A stretch of DNA of 60,151 nt, filler included, from Squatina squatina (GCA_031763465.1; 4 parts of 3 records of this genome joined end to end with filler, not necessarily neighbours in it), one strand, 5' to 3'; shown: positions 11,891 through 25,851, counted from the first letter of the whole stretch. Program-made: numbers and translations. The notes: generated from the sequence alone by a model not told the origin.

Positions 11891-13821
11891 TGAAGGGGCA
11901 AGGAGTGACACAATGTGGTGGGTGGGGTGGGGGTGATAATGATGGCTGGCTCTGTCTGTTGGTAAAAGCAGGGCGATTTCCATTCAGGTTTTATTTTGCT
12001 ATCACATTTTTAATTTTTGCTACTGCGCTGCTTGGCAATAACATCAAAGACAAGTAACATGGCCCATGCCTGCTTATCTGAAACAAAGGCACACACAGCT
12101 TGTAAACCAATGTACCTAGCAGGAGCAGAAGGTTTTTACAACCCAACCAGAGTCCCCCTGAGGAGAATGAAAAAGAGGAGGTTGAAGTTCTTGGAACCAG
12201 CAACTTGTAAATCCTGATTAGTTTTGCGACTTTGCCTTGCACGCCTCAGGAGTTCAATTGATCACTTTGCTCTGTGACAAGTTAAAAAAAAACTTCTAAC
12301 CATTTGTTGGTTTCTGAAAATCTATGTTTAAAGACTACAAAAGTCAGCAAACTCCAACGGTACATTCAATTTTCCACTTATACACTCCCAAGAGGCTGAA
12401 ANNNNNNNNNNTCTCTCTCTCCCTCTGAAAGATAGATTGACCAGCTCCTTCCGCAAACCGTTCCTTGATTTTTCTCTCTCTCTCTTTTGTCTCCATCTGT
12501 AGGTCCTTGTTGCTGCTCAGGATCTTGCTTTTGATCATTTAGCCACTGCTGGTCAGGCTGGGAGCAGAAGTCAGGGTGGCTCCTCTGGGTCCCTTTCAGA
12601 ATCTCTCCACCCACCCCCTTTTCCTGATGGAGTCTGTAGCAATCGAGGCTGTTNNNNNNNNNNNNNNNNNNNNNNNNNNNNNNNNNNNNNNNNNNNNNNN
12701 NNNNNNNNNNNNNNNNNNNNNNNNNNNNNNNNNNNNNNNNNNNNNNNNNNNNNCCTTCCTATGAACAAAGTCCTTGTCAAAGTAATTGTTTGAAATCTCC
12801 AAAATGCCTGTGAGTGTGATTCATGCAGAACTGAGTGGTTCCACCTGATTTTTATTGCCACTCATGGGGCTGACCGTGGCTCTCTTATGACTTTGTTCAT
12901 GAATTACCCTGTCAGGCCATTGAGAGCAGAATCGTATTTCACAGAGGAAGAATGAATATCTCCTATTCTATTCAATTAGCACTAAAAGTTTAACATTGGT
13001 TCCACCGCCACTTTGAACGAGTGCCATACATGTTTAATTTGCAAATACATGTGATTTATAAAAATCAGAAAATGCCAGGAAATAAATGCACTCTTTTAAA
13101 AATAGCTGGCCCAGCTCTATAAACCTGATGAAGGACAAACACTTAAGGAGGTGGGCTATAAAACACATCATAAAGGCATAACTCGCGTAATATAAAAATC
13201 TGGAATTTCTTTCATGCCTATGTACTCAGAACACTGGTAGTTTGGAGCAGCTACCTTTGAAAGAAACTGTTGACGGAAGAGATCTTAATTCCTTATCTCA
13301 GCCATGATCCTGTAAACAGCCACCTGTTCTGTAACCCTCTAACGCAATTCAGTAACTTGACAGTGCACCGTTAGTGACATGCTTATGAACAACTTATATT
13401 TATATAGCACCTTTCACATGGTAAAATGTCCCAAGGCACTGTGCAGGTACAGTGGTGGAGCACAAGCAGGATTTTGGGGGTGGGGTGGGGTGTGGGGGGG
13501 TGGTACGGGGTGCGGGTTGACCAAAGGCACAATGGAAAGGAGTCCATTTTCTGGAGGCATTTTTGCAGTTGGAGAGGTAGCACTGTGAAAAGGCCTAGGG
13601 AGAAAGTTTGTGCGTGCAAGGGCTGTGGTCACTGAAGTATCTGTCATCAGTGGTGGAGCAGATTGAGGAAAACACTCACCATCACCTGGGGACTTTTCAG
13701 AGTAAGTCAACAACATTTGCAGCAGAGTCTGGACTATTCAGTTCGCCATCTTCAGAGAAGCTCAGATTTGTCAAAAGGGCAGTGATTGGTATGGATGAGG
13801 GGTTTGTAGGTCCTATGGAAT

Positions 13822-14139
13822 AGGCTAGGCTACCTTAGATCTGGTAATGGGTAATGAGGCAGGTTTAATACATGACCTCAGGGTAAAAGATCCCCTAGGA
13901 AGTAGTGATCATAACATGATAGAATTTTCTATTCAGTTTGAGAGAGAGAAACTTGGGTCGGAAATAACTATTTAACTTAAATAAAGGGGATTACAATGGA
14001 ATGAGGATGGAGTTGGCTAAAGTGGACTGAGCAGATAGATTGGAAGGAAAGACAGTAGGCAAGCAGTGGCAGATATTTAAGGAGGTAATTCATGACTCTC
14101 AACAAAAATATATCCCAGTAAGGAGGAAAGATTCTAAGG
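13822..14139 (+). mobile_element. CR1 LINE ORF2 endonuclease C-terminal fragment
   Basis: ATLDLVMGNEAGLIHDLRVKDPLGSSDHNMIEFSIQFE, containing the APE-type SDH motif. Confidence 0.85.
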
Positions 14140-14183
14140 NNNNNNNNNNNNNNNNNNNNNNNNNNNNNNNNNNNNNNNNNNNN

Positions 14184-14195
14184 TTAATTAATTAA
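14184..14195. other. Artificial TTAATTAATTAA linker inside a gap
   Basis: Flanked by exactly 44 N on each side; gives stops in all six frames. Confidence 0.9.
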
Positions 14196-14839
14196 NNNNN
14201 NNNNNNNNNNNNNNNNNNNNNNNNNNNNNNNNNNNNNNNAATAAAGTCCTAGCTACTCAAATTGTGGCTTGACAGCAAAGTGACATTTTAAACTTGACAG
14301 TTCACTTTACCAAACAACTTATTTGCATTCCATGCACACAGATGCTTTAAATTTTAAAAGTGTCAAGAAAAAAAAATTGTAAAATACATTAAAGCATTCC
14401 TGCATACACGGAATGAGACTAAAGTAGTAAATGCAGTCAGGAAATTATTTGTTATTGTGCTTTTGAGTTGTGAATTACATTCAGATGTAATTCATAATGG
14501 TTGCTGTAAGTAGAATTCTTTAAAAATTGATGTTTCTACCTTGATAACCTTGCTCTGAAGTAATGAAAACACAGTAGTGTGGTTGAAATAGTTCAAACAC
14601 TGTTCAGTATAAGGCTATCTTTAAAATATTAAAGAAACTACAGAATTCAAGAACTATTTTTAATATTCACTTCAACTGATGAGGATTCTGAAAATAAATG
14701 CCACTGAGATATTTTCACCAGTAAATTTGATTCAGTCATNNNNNNNNNNNNNNNNNNNNNNNNNNNNNNNNNNNNNNNNNNNNNNNNNNNNNNNNNNNNN
14801 NNNNNNNNNNNNNNNNNNNNNNNNNNNNNNNNNNNNNNN

Positions 14840-15240
14840 CCAGTGCTTCCTAATTTCACTCCTAAAAGGCCTAGCTCTCTTGTTATGGATTCCCCAACTG
14901 GTGGAAATAGTTTCTCTGTATCTACCTAATCAAATACCTTAAACATATTGATTACATCACCCATCAACCTTTAAAATGCAAGTGAGTACAAGCCAAGTTC
15001 GCATAATTTAACCATTTGTGTCGTGGTATAATTTTGGCTAATCTGCTGTGCCTACCCCTTCCAAGGTCAACATGTCTTCCTGAGGTGCAGTGCCCAGAAC
15101 TGTATGTAGTATTCCAGATGAGGTCTGACCAAAACTTTATACAACTGGAGCATTACTTCTCCCCTTGGTAGTGCAGCCCTCTTGAGGTAAAGGCCAAGAT
15201 TCCATTAACCTTTTTGATTGCTTTTTGTACCTGTCCAAGC
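14840..15240 (-). mobile_element. CR1 LINE ORF2 3' fragment, decayed
   Basis: Minus strand gives YKVLVRPHLEYYIQFWALHLRKTC. Confidence 0.75.
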
Positions 15241-16479
15241 CATTGGGTGTTGTTACTAACTCTGCACTGAAAGTATCCGGTCCCCACTGATCAGTTCTGA
15301 GGCAGGCTGCACAGGAATGTGCTGAGGCTCTAAGGGGAAAAATTGCCTTTATTAAGCTGTTGCATGGTCTCAGCAGCTTGCTGAATATTGTTAAAAGTGG
15401 TCTTGGAAAAGACAACAGGCCTCTCCTTTCAGTGACAGAGGCATGGATCCTGAAACAATTACGAAATGGAGAAAATAGGAGAAAAGTCTGATTGTGCATG
15501 GATTACTTGAAGAGTCGCTACACTAAAAAGAAGTACCATGATGGATCTTGCAGGCAAGAATTCTGTACGACTCACTGGTAAATTTATATTTAGCATATTG
15601 CACAGAATGTTGGACATTCTTTCAAGATTGACTTTGATGCATAAAACGGAGTTCAGAGATGACTGGTTGGGATTATTGTATGATACAATAAGAAGAAAGA
15701 AACAAGCTGAACTGAAATGTTCAACCGTAAAAGGTAAATTGAGGTTTAGCTTTTTTAAAGTGAGTATACATAATGCATACATAGCATTCTGTTTAACTTT
15801 AACTAACTGTCACAGAGCTAGTGTAGAGAAGTACAAAACTAGCAAACCTCAAGTGAAATTTGAATGTTTTTTTCCTTCATACAGCAGGAGAGCTGTGTTG
15901 ATTAACTCATTTAAAATTGGTTTTAAATATTTCTATGTTTGCAATGGAAAGTTATAAGGATAAGAAAAGATGAACAAATATACTCTGGGATAAGATTGTA
16001 CTTGTACTGCTGGGATCATGAAAATGTCATCCATGGAATGGAAGATCAAATAATGATGGTAGTAATATTCCACTAATATTGTAGAATTAGAAAAAAGAGT
16101 CACATAATAGGTAAGGAGAGCTTTTACAGTGGTTGACTTCTTAAAAATTGTACCTGTGTTTAGTCACTTCCTTCAGCAGATCAAATAGTAGGGCAAATTG
16201 ATTTATGCAAGGAATGAACTTGATGAGCCAATTGGACTTTTCTATTCCATATTTTCCTAAATTCTTAAGTTTCAGTAAAATTCAATTAGTCTTGATATTA
16301 TGAAATCTAGATATTGAAAAATGAAGTAAGATCTATCTGAAAAATTACAGAACTACATGTATAACTATAATTTGTGCAGNNNNNNNNNNNNNNNNNNNNN
16401 NNNNNNNNNNNNNNNNNNNNNNNNNNNNNNNNNNNNNNNNNNNNNNNNNNNNNNNNNNNNNNNNNNNNNNNNNNNNNNN

Positions 16480-16760
16480 ACCAGGGGGCATAGACTAAAA
16501 ATTAGAGCTAAGCCTTTCAGAAGTGAAGTTAGGAAACACTTCTACAAGCAAAGGGTGGTAGAAGTTTGGAACTCTCTTCTGCAAACGGCAGTTGATGTTG
16601 GGTCAATTGTTAATTTTAAATCTGAGTGTTAGATTTTTGTTAACCAAAAAAGGTATTAAGGGATGTGTAGAAAGAGGTTAGGTCACAGATCAGCCATGAT
16701 CTCACTGAATGGCAGGACAGGCTCAAGGGGCTAAATGGCCTACTCCTGCTCCTATGTTCT
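16480..16760 (+). mobile_element. CR1 LINE 3' end
   Basis: TRGHRLKIRAKPFRSEVRKHFYKQRVVEVWNSL followed by the GGCCTACTCCTGCTCCTATG tail. Confidence 0.85.
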
Positions 16761-18307
16761 AAATAAATTATATTAATTTTTGCAAAATTTGCCTACTTTT
16801 TTTTTTATAAAAAGGAGCCAATTCTCTTCTCCAATTTTCCTGGATTTTGATGCTAAAAACAGAACTTAAACAATGAAACACATCCAGGTTTTTAAATCAG
16901 TAGTGAGAACTGATTAAAATTATCCTTGTACATCAAATGTCATCCCAATCTACAACTAGCTTGAAATTCAGAAACCTCACTTGAATACATACACAGGGAA
17001 ACTGTGCAACTCTCATCAATATGCATGAGCCATTGCGGAAGTGGGGATGTAAAAAATCCAATGTTATTTTAAAGAAGAAAACCCAACACCAGGTATTTTC
17101 ATCGAAGGGGATGGCTGGCGGGGAGAATTTGACTTAATTTAGCACATTCACTATGTAAGCAACTATGCAAATGCCCAACATATACAAACTTTCAGGCAGC
17201 TAATGTAAAAGGCTTTCAGACTTTGCTTTCCCTTTCCCACAGAAAAAGTATTGCAAGCATTAAAAAGCCCATAGAGCTAAAGGCAGTTTTAAAACTATAA
17301 TGCAATAAAACACATTGAAACATTTCCTTTCAAAACATGCTTTCATTTTGCCATCGTACAGCAAATGGCGATATCTCTGCATTTTGGAAGTTGCCAAGAC
17401 CAGTGAACTGGTGTCTAAACAAAAATTGTACAGTAATTGTTAGCATACCAAAAAAATAAAAAAGGGGCCCAGAACATTTTTTCTGGCTTGCTGCCAAAAA
17501 TATCAAGCCAAATTCTGTTTTACTTAGCCAGAATCAGCCCTGAGCTATTATTTTTAATAAGTGCATTTGTATTAGAAACAGCTCCTTGAAAAAAATTTCC
17601 TCTGGTAATAGAACATCAATGTCTTTACAGACAAATATGCTTTATCTCTCAGCCATGTCTCCGAACATTGCACAATTTTGTTTATAAGTTTTTTTAACCC
17701 ATGCTGAGAAGCTGAGAACTTAATGACATTAAAGTAATAACTATTCTAGGATAATATCCACTGTTAGTTCTCTCTGTATACATACATACAGACACACACA
17801 CAACACTTTAAAAAAATATATATTTGCTTGCCAACCAGTCGTGAAGGCTAAGTTAGGTAAAGAGTTGAGCATGTTATTGCTGCTATTTTTAAATGAGGTA
17901 GGGAAGGGAGAACAATTTTCTTTCCTGCAGTTTACAGGATATTAAAGTATAGGTTGTTGGTTAGAGCCATTTATAACCAGCTAAACTATCTATACCTTAT
18001 ATGACTAAGTAGCACTGATTAGAAAAGCCACAGTTAACAAGTATTTTGCAATTAGAAATATTTTCTTGAACCTTTCAGTCTACTGTAGGCATTATTTGTC
18101 TAAGTTTCCCATGAAGTTGCTCTTAACAACACAATACAGTGGTAAACATTACACATAAGGTGATTTTCCTCAGAGCACAAGTGAGCATAATTATTGGATT
18201 AGACAGACATTTACATTACTGATATTGACCCAGATAGCCCTCTCGTGAGTACCTAAATTCACCTATGTTTTGGGTGCAAAGCAGAAAAAAAATGGGCAGC
18301 AAGCTGT

Positions 18308-18425
18308 TAGAACCATAGAACAATTACGACACGGAAGAAGGCCATTCGGCCCGTCGAGCTTGTACCGACTCTCAGCTAGTCCCACTCCCTTGCCCTTTCC
18401 CCATAGCCCTGCAAATCTTTTTTCA
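18308..18425 (-). mobile_element. CR1 LINE 3' tail
   Basis: AGGCCATTCGGCCC motif and pyrimidine-rich 3' UTR, reversed. Confidence 0.7.
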
Positions 18426-19794
18426 ANNNNNNNNNNNNNNNNNNNNNNNNNNNNNNNNNNNNNNNNNNNNNNNNNNNNNNNNNNNNNNNNNNNNNNNNNN
18501 NNNNNNNNNNNNNNNNNNNNNNNNNNCCCACAAGGAAACTCACCAAACCCTCAAAGTGTATATAAAATGTTTTGGCCCATGTAGTCTAGACTAACAGTCT
18601 GTAAACTTTTGGCCAAAGCACAGGGTTTATAGGAAGTGGCTAATTAGAAGGATCTTAATGATACGAATTAATTTATGACAAATTAGTTCAGTTCTGTATT
18701 AGCTTTTTTGCAGCCATCCTTTCCGATATTAGTACATATTCAAAACGTTCAGTTGCTTCCTGCCAGAACTAATTATGTGATCTGTTTAATTCTCAACCTG
18801 TTTTCCTTAATTGTACTGATACAGCAATGAGACATAATCGAGTAATGTAATAAGCACCTCACACAGTGTCATATACACCAATCATTCATGCCAGCTCCTG
18901 AAAATAATTGGGGTATATTGAGGGATTATCACAAGCAGCGATGGGTCGAAAATACTCCCAAATGGGATTTGAACTGTGGAAAGGAAAATAATTTTATCTG
19001 GCACATAATGTAGCATGTTAATTCAGCATTAATTATGGAATATGTCAAGCTAAATTTCAGTCAAAGCTCCATGTTAGTCTCCAGAGCTTTCTTAATGACA
19101 GTAATTACAGGCCATAAAATAAATCTTCTAAAATTAACATTTTTTTCTCTGTCTTGATAGGGAACTGTAAACGGCCAAGCAATACAGATATTTTGATTAC
19201 TTAAATGTAGCTTCTTTTGTTTCAAACAGCTGCCAGAGCTGTGAATAGAGAAAAGGTTGTCAGAGGTGTCTCATTATAGATCCCTGAAAGGGTATATTAT
19301 AAAATCCAATCTGATTGAGAAGCCTGAAACATTTTCATGAACTGTCTAGAACTAACAAGATGCTATTTTATGCACATGCTTTTATCTGAGAAATATAAGA
19401 TATTAAACTATAATGCATTGATACTCTGAGTTTCAAAATATTAAAAAATCAATGCTGTGTAAAAATACATATTGGTGAACAAATAATAATAGTAATACAG
19501 AACTTGCATTTAAACACATGTAACAAAAATTCAGAACATATTTTTCCCTAACAATATAATGTGAAGGATGCTGATCTAAGGTTACACTGGAAGATTGTAA
19601 CATTTAATTAATGCAACAGAGCACATATATGTAGTNNNNNNNNNNNNNNNNNNNNNNNNNNNNNNNNNNNNNNNNNNNNNNNNNNNNNNNNNNNNNNNNN
19701 NNNNNNNNNNNNNNNNNNNNNNNNNNNNNNNNNNNTTCCCATATTCAAAAAAATAAAATGCACCATACAGATAAACTGGTAAAATAAATAAATT

Positions 19795-20180
19795 CAACTC
19801 ACCCACCAGTTCTCTCCACTCTCGTGGCTTCTCCTGCACACTTGAAGGTCCCACCCTTCTGCTAGTCACCTTTGGATGAAATGCTGATCAGGTGACTCAA
19901 TCCCTGACAGTGCAGTGTGGCCAGGGCTTTTGACAGGGCCATTTCTTGGCCGCACTGCACTGTGGGTAGGTGGGCCGCCATTGACGCCTCCATTCAACCC
20001 ACTCTAGGAATTCATTCTTAAACTCAAATGGGTCGAGAATCTCCGAGAAACTGATTTGTGTGCATTAGCATTGAAAAAGTCTCAATATCGGGATTGAGAT
20101 TTTTGAACTGGCGATTCTTCCGGGGACATTGTTTGCCCAGGGACATATTCCCAAATCACAGAAAACGGGGATTTCTGGTC
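19795..20180. mobile_element. MITE-like element with internal hairpin
   Basis: Inverted arms ACAGTGCAGTGTGGCCA/TGGCCGCACTGCACTGT at 19907-19963; CpG-enriched. Confidence 0.45.
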
Positions 20181-20364
20181 AACCTCAGCTAAGTAGACAT
20201 TATATTACTGGAGAAAATAGGAAGACAGACCTTTTCAGTCATTTCCAAGGTTATTTTCCATACAAAGACTTCAATATTATAAAGTACTTTTTGAATAACT
20301 GTCTAAAATCCTGGTTATATTCAGTAATTTAAGTGTGCAATAGTCTATTTTGTCTTCTACCAAC

Positions 20365-20532
20365 CTCTTCCATGAGCATTTCACTTTCATGTGCAAATCC
20401 TTGAATTGACTTTCCAGCCTGTCTCAGCTGATCTTCCTTCACATTGCCGATGTGCTTTTGTTTGCAAATTTCATTCTGCAGATCTTTCAATTTTTCATTA
20501 AGTCTGTTGATCTCAGCTTCCTGAACGCCAAA
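20365..20532 (-). CDS. Coiled-coil gene internal exon (168 nt, 56 aa): FGVQEAEINRLNEKLKDLQNEICKQKHIGNVKEDQLRQAGKSIQGFAHESEMLMEE
   Basis: Acceptor AAACAG, donor GTTGGT, phase 0-0, open frame, heptad pattern. Confidence 0.8.
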
Positions 20533-21644
20533 CTGTTTATTAAAAATAAATCATTTATGTGATTTACATTCAACTACATTTTTATTTTTTGTCAGCTGGA
20601 TTTTTGGCATACATAAAAACCCATCATTGTACTTACGTCTCCAAACCAGACTACTGATAAATCCACAAAGGTGGAACACAGCCTGACTTATATGAGGCCC
20701 CTATAGAAGACACATCCCACTTATCCAAGGCCAGAGAATTTAGGCATTGGTTGGCAAGATTTAAGATTTAGGCCTTCACAAGTGTGCATAGAGATTCTGG
20801 TGGAATTTATTAAATTAAAACCTTACAATGATCTAGTGCAGGCCATGGTAAGCTGCTGCTGGTTGGCCAGCTAGGGCTACTCTACCATTAGGTTACCAGC
20901 TGCAGAGCTATTTGAAACTGAGTGGGAAGAGTTGGAGCTGAATGGGAAGAGTTGGAATCCAGAACGTACCTGCTTCTCCACTCCCCATTAATGAGCCAAT
21001 CATTTTCACAGGCCAGGCTGTGTTCCACCTCTTGAAATCTCTGTCATTCGTCTGAGTCATTGCCAGTCACTATCCTCTCATAAAAATTAGGAAGTCTCTC
21101 ACTTTTCTCTCTTTGGACATGCACACTAAGTTTAGCCAAAATCAATATACAGATGCAATATGTTATCCAGTTACTGAAATGTAAATGGAATAAAAGATCA
21201 TTAATAAGTTAAAGCTACCCCTTCTTTATTTTCTGTGCTATCACTTTACTGGGAACTGAAACACAAATAAAGCTTCAACTGATCCTTGCTAGGTATTTTT
21301 TTTGACATAGGTACTTCTTTTGAAAGACATTCAGGGGTCGGTTGCCAATGGAAAATGAAAATCAGGCTATTTTCATAATGGTCAGCTGATTTACAACTCC
21401 AGTTTTACACATGGACGACAAGTTGAACCTCTGCTCCTCAATTTCCACATACAAGTTCTCTGCCAGCCTACCCATTGTGGTTGGAGCTGCTTTTGTTCAC
21501 CCTTGCATTTAAGTGTTCTTGTTTTTGCTNNNNNNNNNNNNNNNNNNNNNNNNNNNNNNNNNNNNNNNNNNNNNNNNNNNNNNNNNNNNNNNNNNNNNNN
21601 NNNNNNNNNNNNNNNNNNNNNNNNNNNNNTAGATTAATTTGTTT

Positions 21645-21725
21645 TCTGATCTGGGACAAAGGTTCGGCACAACATTGTGGGCCGAAGGGCCTGTTATGTG
21701 CTGTATGTTCTATGTTCTATGTTCC
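21645..21725 (+). mobile_element. CR1-type 3' tail
   Basis: GGCACAACATTGTGGGCCGAAGGGCCTG...GTTCTATGTTCTATG. Confidence 0.65.
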
Positions 21726-21757
21726 ATTGCTAGAGAAAAGCAGAAGGAGTGATCACC

Positions 21758-21968
21758 ATTGACTACACACACGCACTATGCGGGCGCCACATGTCAATTC
21801 GGAGATGTACTGCAACTGGAAGGAATTCCACTCCCTCAATGTCCAGTTGGTACACCACCATACTCAGCGCATCTTGCAGGTCAATGCTCGGTATCCTGGC
21901 AGCAGTCATAATTCCTATGTAATGCCTTCATTCTGTGGCAGTCCACTATACCATCTGCATTTGAGCCA
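21758..21968 (+). mobile_element. PIF/Harbinger DDE transposase fragment (pseudogenised)
   Basis: IDYTH/MRAPHVNSEMYCNWKEFHSLNVQLVHHHTQRILQVNARYPGSSH/NAFILWQS across frameshifts matches the HARBI1-type IDCTH..NRKGFHSLNVQ..PGSSHD core. Confidence 0.85.
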
Positions 21969-22364
21969 TTATGACAAACCAGAGGTTTTTTTCCTTCTGT
22001 GCTGACAAAAGTGGAGATTCTGCTGACAAAGGCAAAAGATTTGAGGTACGCTTCCAGAATGATGTCTGTATATATACATACACAGTGGGGATGGAGGAAT
22101 ACAACAAAACATTCTGCTACAAGGCATTACTAAAAGGACAGTACTCCAGTGAGAAGGTGGGGCACCTTCCTTTCAGGTGGATAACAGCTTAATAAATTGT
22201 AAGAGGGAGTTAAATGACTGAAGAGTGATCAATGTTTGCAAAAGTAAATCAAAACATAAAGACGATGCTTTGTTTCAACCTGCATAACTTGACAAAATGT
22301 TAAGACTATGACATTTCACTGAAACGTTATCCTGCTGGCTAAAGAGAAAACAAAGGATACATAC

Positions 22365-22448
22365 TTCTTCCTGTGAACCTGTATATTTCTCCTGTGCAGT
22401 TTTCAAGTCAGTCTTCAGTTTTAGAATAATCTGATCTCTCTTGCTGAC
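22365..22448 (-). CDS. Coiled-coil gene internal exon (84 nt, 28 aa): VSKRDQIILKLKTDLKTAQEKYTGSQEE
   Basis: Acceptor AATCAG, donor GTATGT, phase 0-0; lies within ORF 22275..22517. Confidence 0.85.
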
Positions 22449-23319
22449 CTGATTATCCAAACAAAACAATGTAGATATGAATAACACAAGTACTATAAAC
22501 TGAACCATTATTATCAAACTAGGATTAATATATCAGTAACTATATCTTTGGCCACCAGATTTCTATACTGAGATTTGGTCACATTAAAAAGAAAAATATA
22601 ATCTGCCCAAATTTCCTTTCCGTGGCATCAATGGAAAAATCCAGGCAAGAAAATACAAAAACAATAAACCAAACACTTTGTAATGCAGTTCTCAGACATT
22701 CACTGTCAATGTCCACTTTTGGATGTACTCACGTGAAAAATCCAGTTGGTTCCTCTTTAAGCAATCTTGTGACCTCAGTCAGTCTGATTCTCATCAGCCA
22801 TTTTCTATGGACGAGTGGAGTCCAAGGCCATTCCCCACAGAAAAGCGAAGAATAGCATTTAATCGCATTATAGTGCCATTGCAATTGTTTTAAATATTTA
22901 AATNNNNNNNNNNNNNNNNNNNNNNNNNNNNNNNNNNNNNNNNNNNNNNNNNNNNNNNNNNNNNNNNNNNNNNNNNNNNNNNNNNNNNNNNNNNNNNNNN
23001 NNNACGAGGTTGAAGCACCTTCCATGGTTTCAGATGGTTATATGCCAGTGTGTGAAAATAAAACCTTGTAATGTGTCAGTGAAAGTGTTCCTGTTTCTGT
23101 GACATTGGAATGAATATTAAAATGAGCTGAACTCTCCCTCATGGCGTGTCTATTTATGATTAGACATTTTCAGACGAGCTGCAATTCTTGTGAAGCCATA
23201 AGGGATAAAAACTGCAGCTACCAGTAAAGGTAGATTATAGACCATTATGTATACTGTTCTTCAAACTGCAAACAGAGTTATCATTCAAATAACAGGGTAA
23301 AGTCAGCAAACAAATTGGA

Positions 23320-23717
23320 AAATCTCTAAGTGTGGCTGTCTTTTGTGATACTTTTGAGGGTGCATTTCTGCCCAATCAAGGAGGGAAATTGGATAAGAGG
23401 GATTCGATTGCGGTGGGGAGGGCGGGGAGTGGGGAGGCTGCGTGGGTATGCAATGCTGAATAGACACATATCTCTTCCACGCAACAGTTCTCACCTCACT
23501 TTAGCTGCCGGGTTTCCCCTGGCCCAGGAAACCCGGGTGGCCAGAGTAAAACCTAAAATGGAGAAATAATCAGAGGCATGCAGCCTCATTCAAATATTTA
23601 AATAAGCAACCTGCCTCCTGAAGAGGGTATTGATCACCCACCCACCGCCAAAACCGGAAGTGGGCGGGTTAGATTAGGTTGGATTGAAATTTTTACATCC
23701 CGCCCAACCCAAATCCA
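23320..23717. mobile_element. MITE-like GC-rich element
   Basis: Internal hairpin CCGGGTTTCC..GGAAACCCGG near 23508-23537 and inverted GGGCGGG/CCCGCCC motifs. Confidence 0.45.
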
Positions 23718-24165
23718 NNNNNNNNNNNNNNNNNNNNNNNNNNNNNNNNNNNNNNNNNNNNNNNNNNNNNNNNNNNNNNNNNNNNNNNNNNNNNNNNNNN
23801 NNNNNNNNNNNNNNNNNCCTACTCTAATTCACCTTCCTTCTTGGTCCATCCTTTGTATATTTCTCAATCCTTTAATCTTACTGGTTAAGGATATACTGTT
23901 TGCTGCACTTTTATCAGCTCGCACGTCCAGCAACGTGTGGGCAAAATTCTTTAAAACCTAAATATACACAAACAAGTGTCACTAACAGGGCATGCCACGA
24001 GATACCTTGCTCCAGCAAAATCTGGGCCATTGTAAAATTTGATGGATAATATGTCCTTATCCTAGCCATTATGCAAACAGTTTTATAAGATTAAAGCATG
24101 AAGCTTAATAACCAATATGTCAGGAAAAAAGGTTCTAAAGTTTATTTATTGATAAAATGTATTAC

Positions 24166-24249
24166 CTCATCATAGCAGGCAGAGTATTGCTTTTGGGCCT
24201 CCACTAGCTCTTTTTGCAAACCACACAGTTTGCTTTCTTTCTGATGAAT
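24166..24249 (-). CDS. Coiled-coil gene internal exon (84 nt, 28 aa): IHQKESKLCGLQKELVEAQKQYSACYDE
   Basis: Polypyrimidine acceptor TTTTGTTTTATAG, donor GTAATA, phase 0-0. Confidence 0.85.
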
Positions 24250-25692
24250 CTATAAAACAAAAAGGAAGATAATTAAACAGTACAACTTTTCTTTTGAGTT
24301 CCTCACACTCGCAATCTACAAATACCCTGCTCATCTATACCTCGGTTAATACTATACTTTTTCTATACAAATAATGAAAAGAATTCACTGCTGAATAATG
24401 TATTTTTATTTTCTAATGATTCAACTCACATAAAAAGTGCACAAATTCCCTGTTTCTATTCAGAATGATAACATGTCTGATGTAGTGACTAATAACCCAC
24501 TCTATATGCTGAAAGTTTACCTATGGTTTCAATAACAACTTTAGAAATGCAATTTTTCAGAATGTGACTCAGTCGGTGTAAATTAGNNNNNNNNNNNNNN
24601 NNNNNNNNNNNNNNNNNNNNNNNNNNNNNNNNNNNNNNNNNNNNNNNNNNNNNNNNNNNNNNNNNNNNNNNNNNNNNNNNNNNNNNTTCTGAGTAACAGT
24701 TGAGCAGAATTTACTGGAATCTAAAGAAAAATATTCCAGCAGGTCAGCTGATTAAATGGTACTGATGCATGCTGACAAATTGGGAACACTGCACTTTCTC
24801 AGACTATAAAATCTATGTTCAGCTAACAGAAGCACAGCTCTAGGCAAAATATATCAAGTTCAAGCCCAGATTTTTGGGAGATTGTGGTCTCAAGTAAAGA
24901 CTTTAATGGGGGCATTAAAAGACACAAAGACAATTTAATGGGTAAATTTCATAATGTTGTATGAAATATGTAAATTAAAAAAATTATTGTTTGAAGCTTT
25001 AGACAATGGAAATTCCAATTATTGATAAAAGAAATGGCACAAAAAATTTTTGTTCAGAAAGTGTTTTGAGTGATTCGTGGGAAAACATAATGCAGTGCCA
25101 ATTAGCTTGTAATTACGCAGGCCGAGAATTTTCTCGGATCTGGTCTTCTTCTGCCACTTTAACTCTGTGACAGAAATACCATTTAGGTGCGCAGACTGGA
25201 TTTCCGCCACAGCTGCTGTAAAGTTACAGCAGAGGAGCGGCAACAGCTCCATTCCTGGCCACTGTGACCAGTGATAGTTGACACAGCAAAATTGGACAGG
25301 AAATGTAGACTCAAAAATTAACAAAGGCAAAAGTTGGCACAGAGGTACGGAGGAAAACTTTGATAATAGAAAGTAAGCAGGGCAGGGAGTGCGTATCCTA
25401 TATTCGATTTTTAAAATAGGGTACAGATACCTAATGTAAGACAAATATAGTTATTATATATCATCCCACCTTGCACANNNNNNNNNNNNNNNNNNNNNNN
25501 NNNNNNNNNNNNNNNNNNNNNNNNNNNNNNNNNNNNNNNNNNNNNNNNNNNNNNNNNNNNNNNNNNNNNNNNNNNNNAGTTTATGGATTATGTCCTCCTT
25601 ACAAAAGACCTGTAGATTTATAAATATAAAGTGATAAAAATTAACTTCAGATAACATTTGTCTGAATATTTATTAAACATTCAAGAAATTAC

Positions 25693-25851
25693 CTCATTTG
25701 AAAGGATATCTTGTTCACTTTGCGCAGTGATCATCCAAGCTTCAAGTCGGGCTTGTAAGCGTCCATTGTCCTCCACCTTTTCATTATATTGCTGTTGAAG
25801 TTGTTTCATTTGATCTTTCAGCTCAGCAATGGTAACTTTCTTCTTTTCAAC
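25693..25851 (-). CDS. Coiled-coil gene internal exon (159 nt, 53 aa): VEKKKVTIAELKDQMKQLQQQYNEKVEDNGRLQARLEAWMITAQSEQDILSNE
   Basis: Acceptor TTAAAG, donor GTAATT, phase 0-0, strong E/K/Q/L heptad composition. Confidence 0.85.

Noticed and set aside
14184-14195. Biological PacI-like or homeodomain palindrome
   Set aside because: Occurs three times, always centred in 44N flanks; an assembly linker
14677-14700. CTGATGA...GAAA hammerhead-like motif
   Set aside because: Stem II is minimal and stems I and III cannot be formed
15538-15957. 139-aa ORF
   Set aside because: No recognisable domain or splice context; consistent with chance
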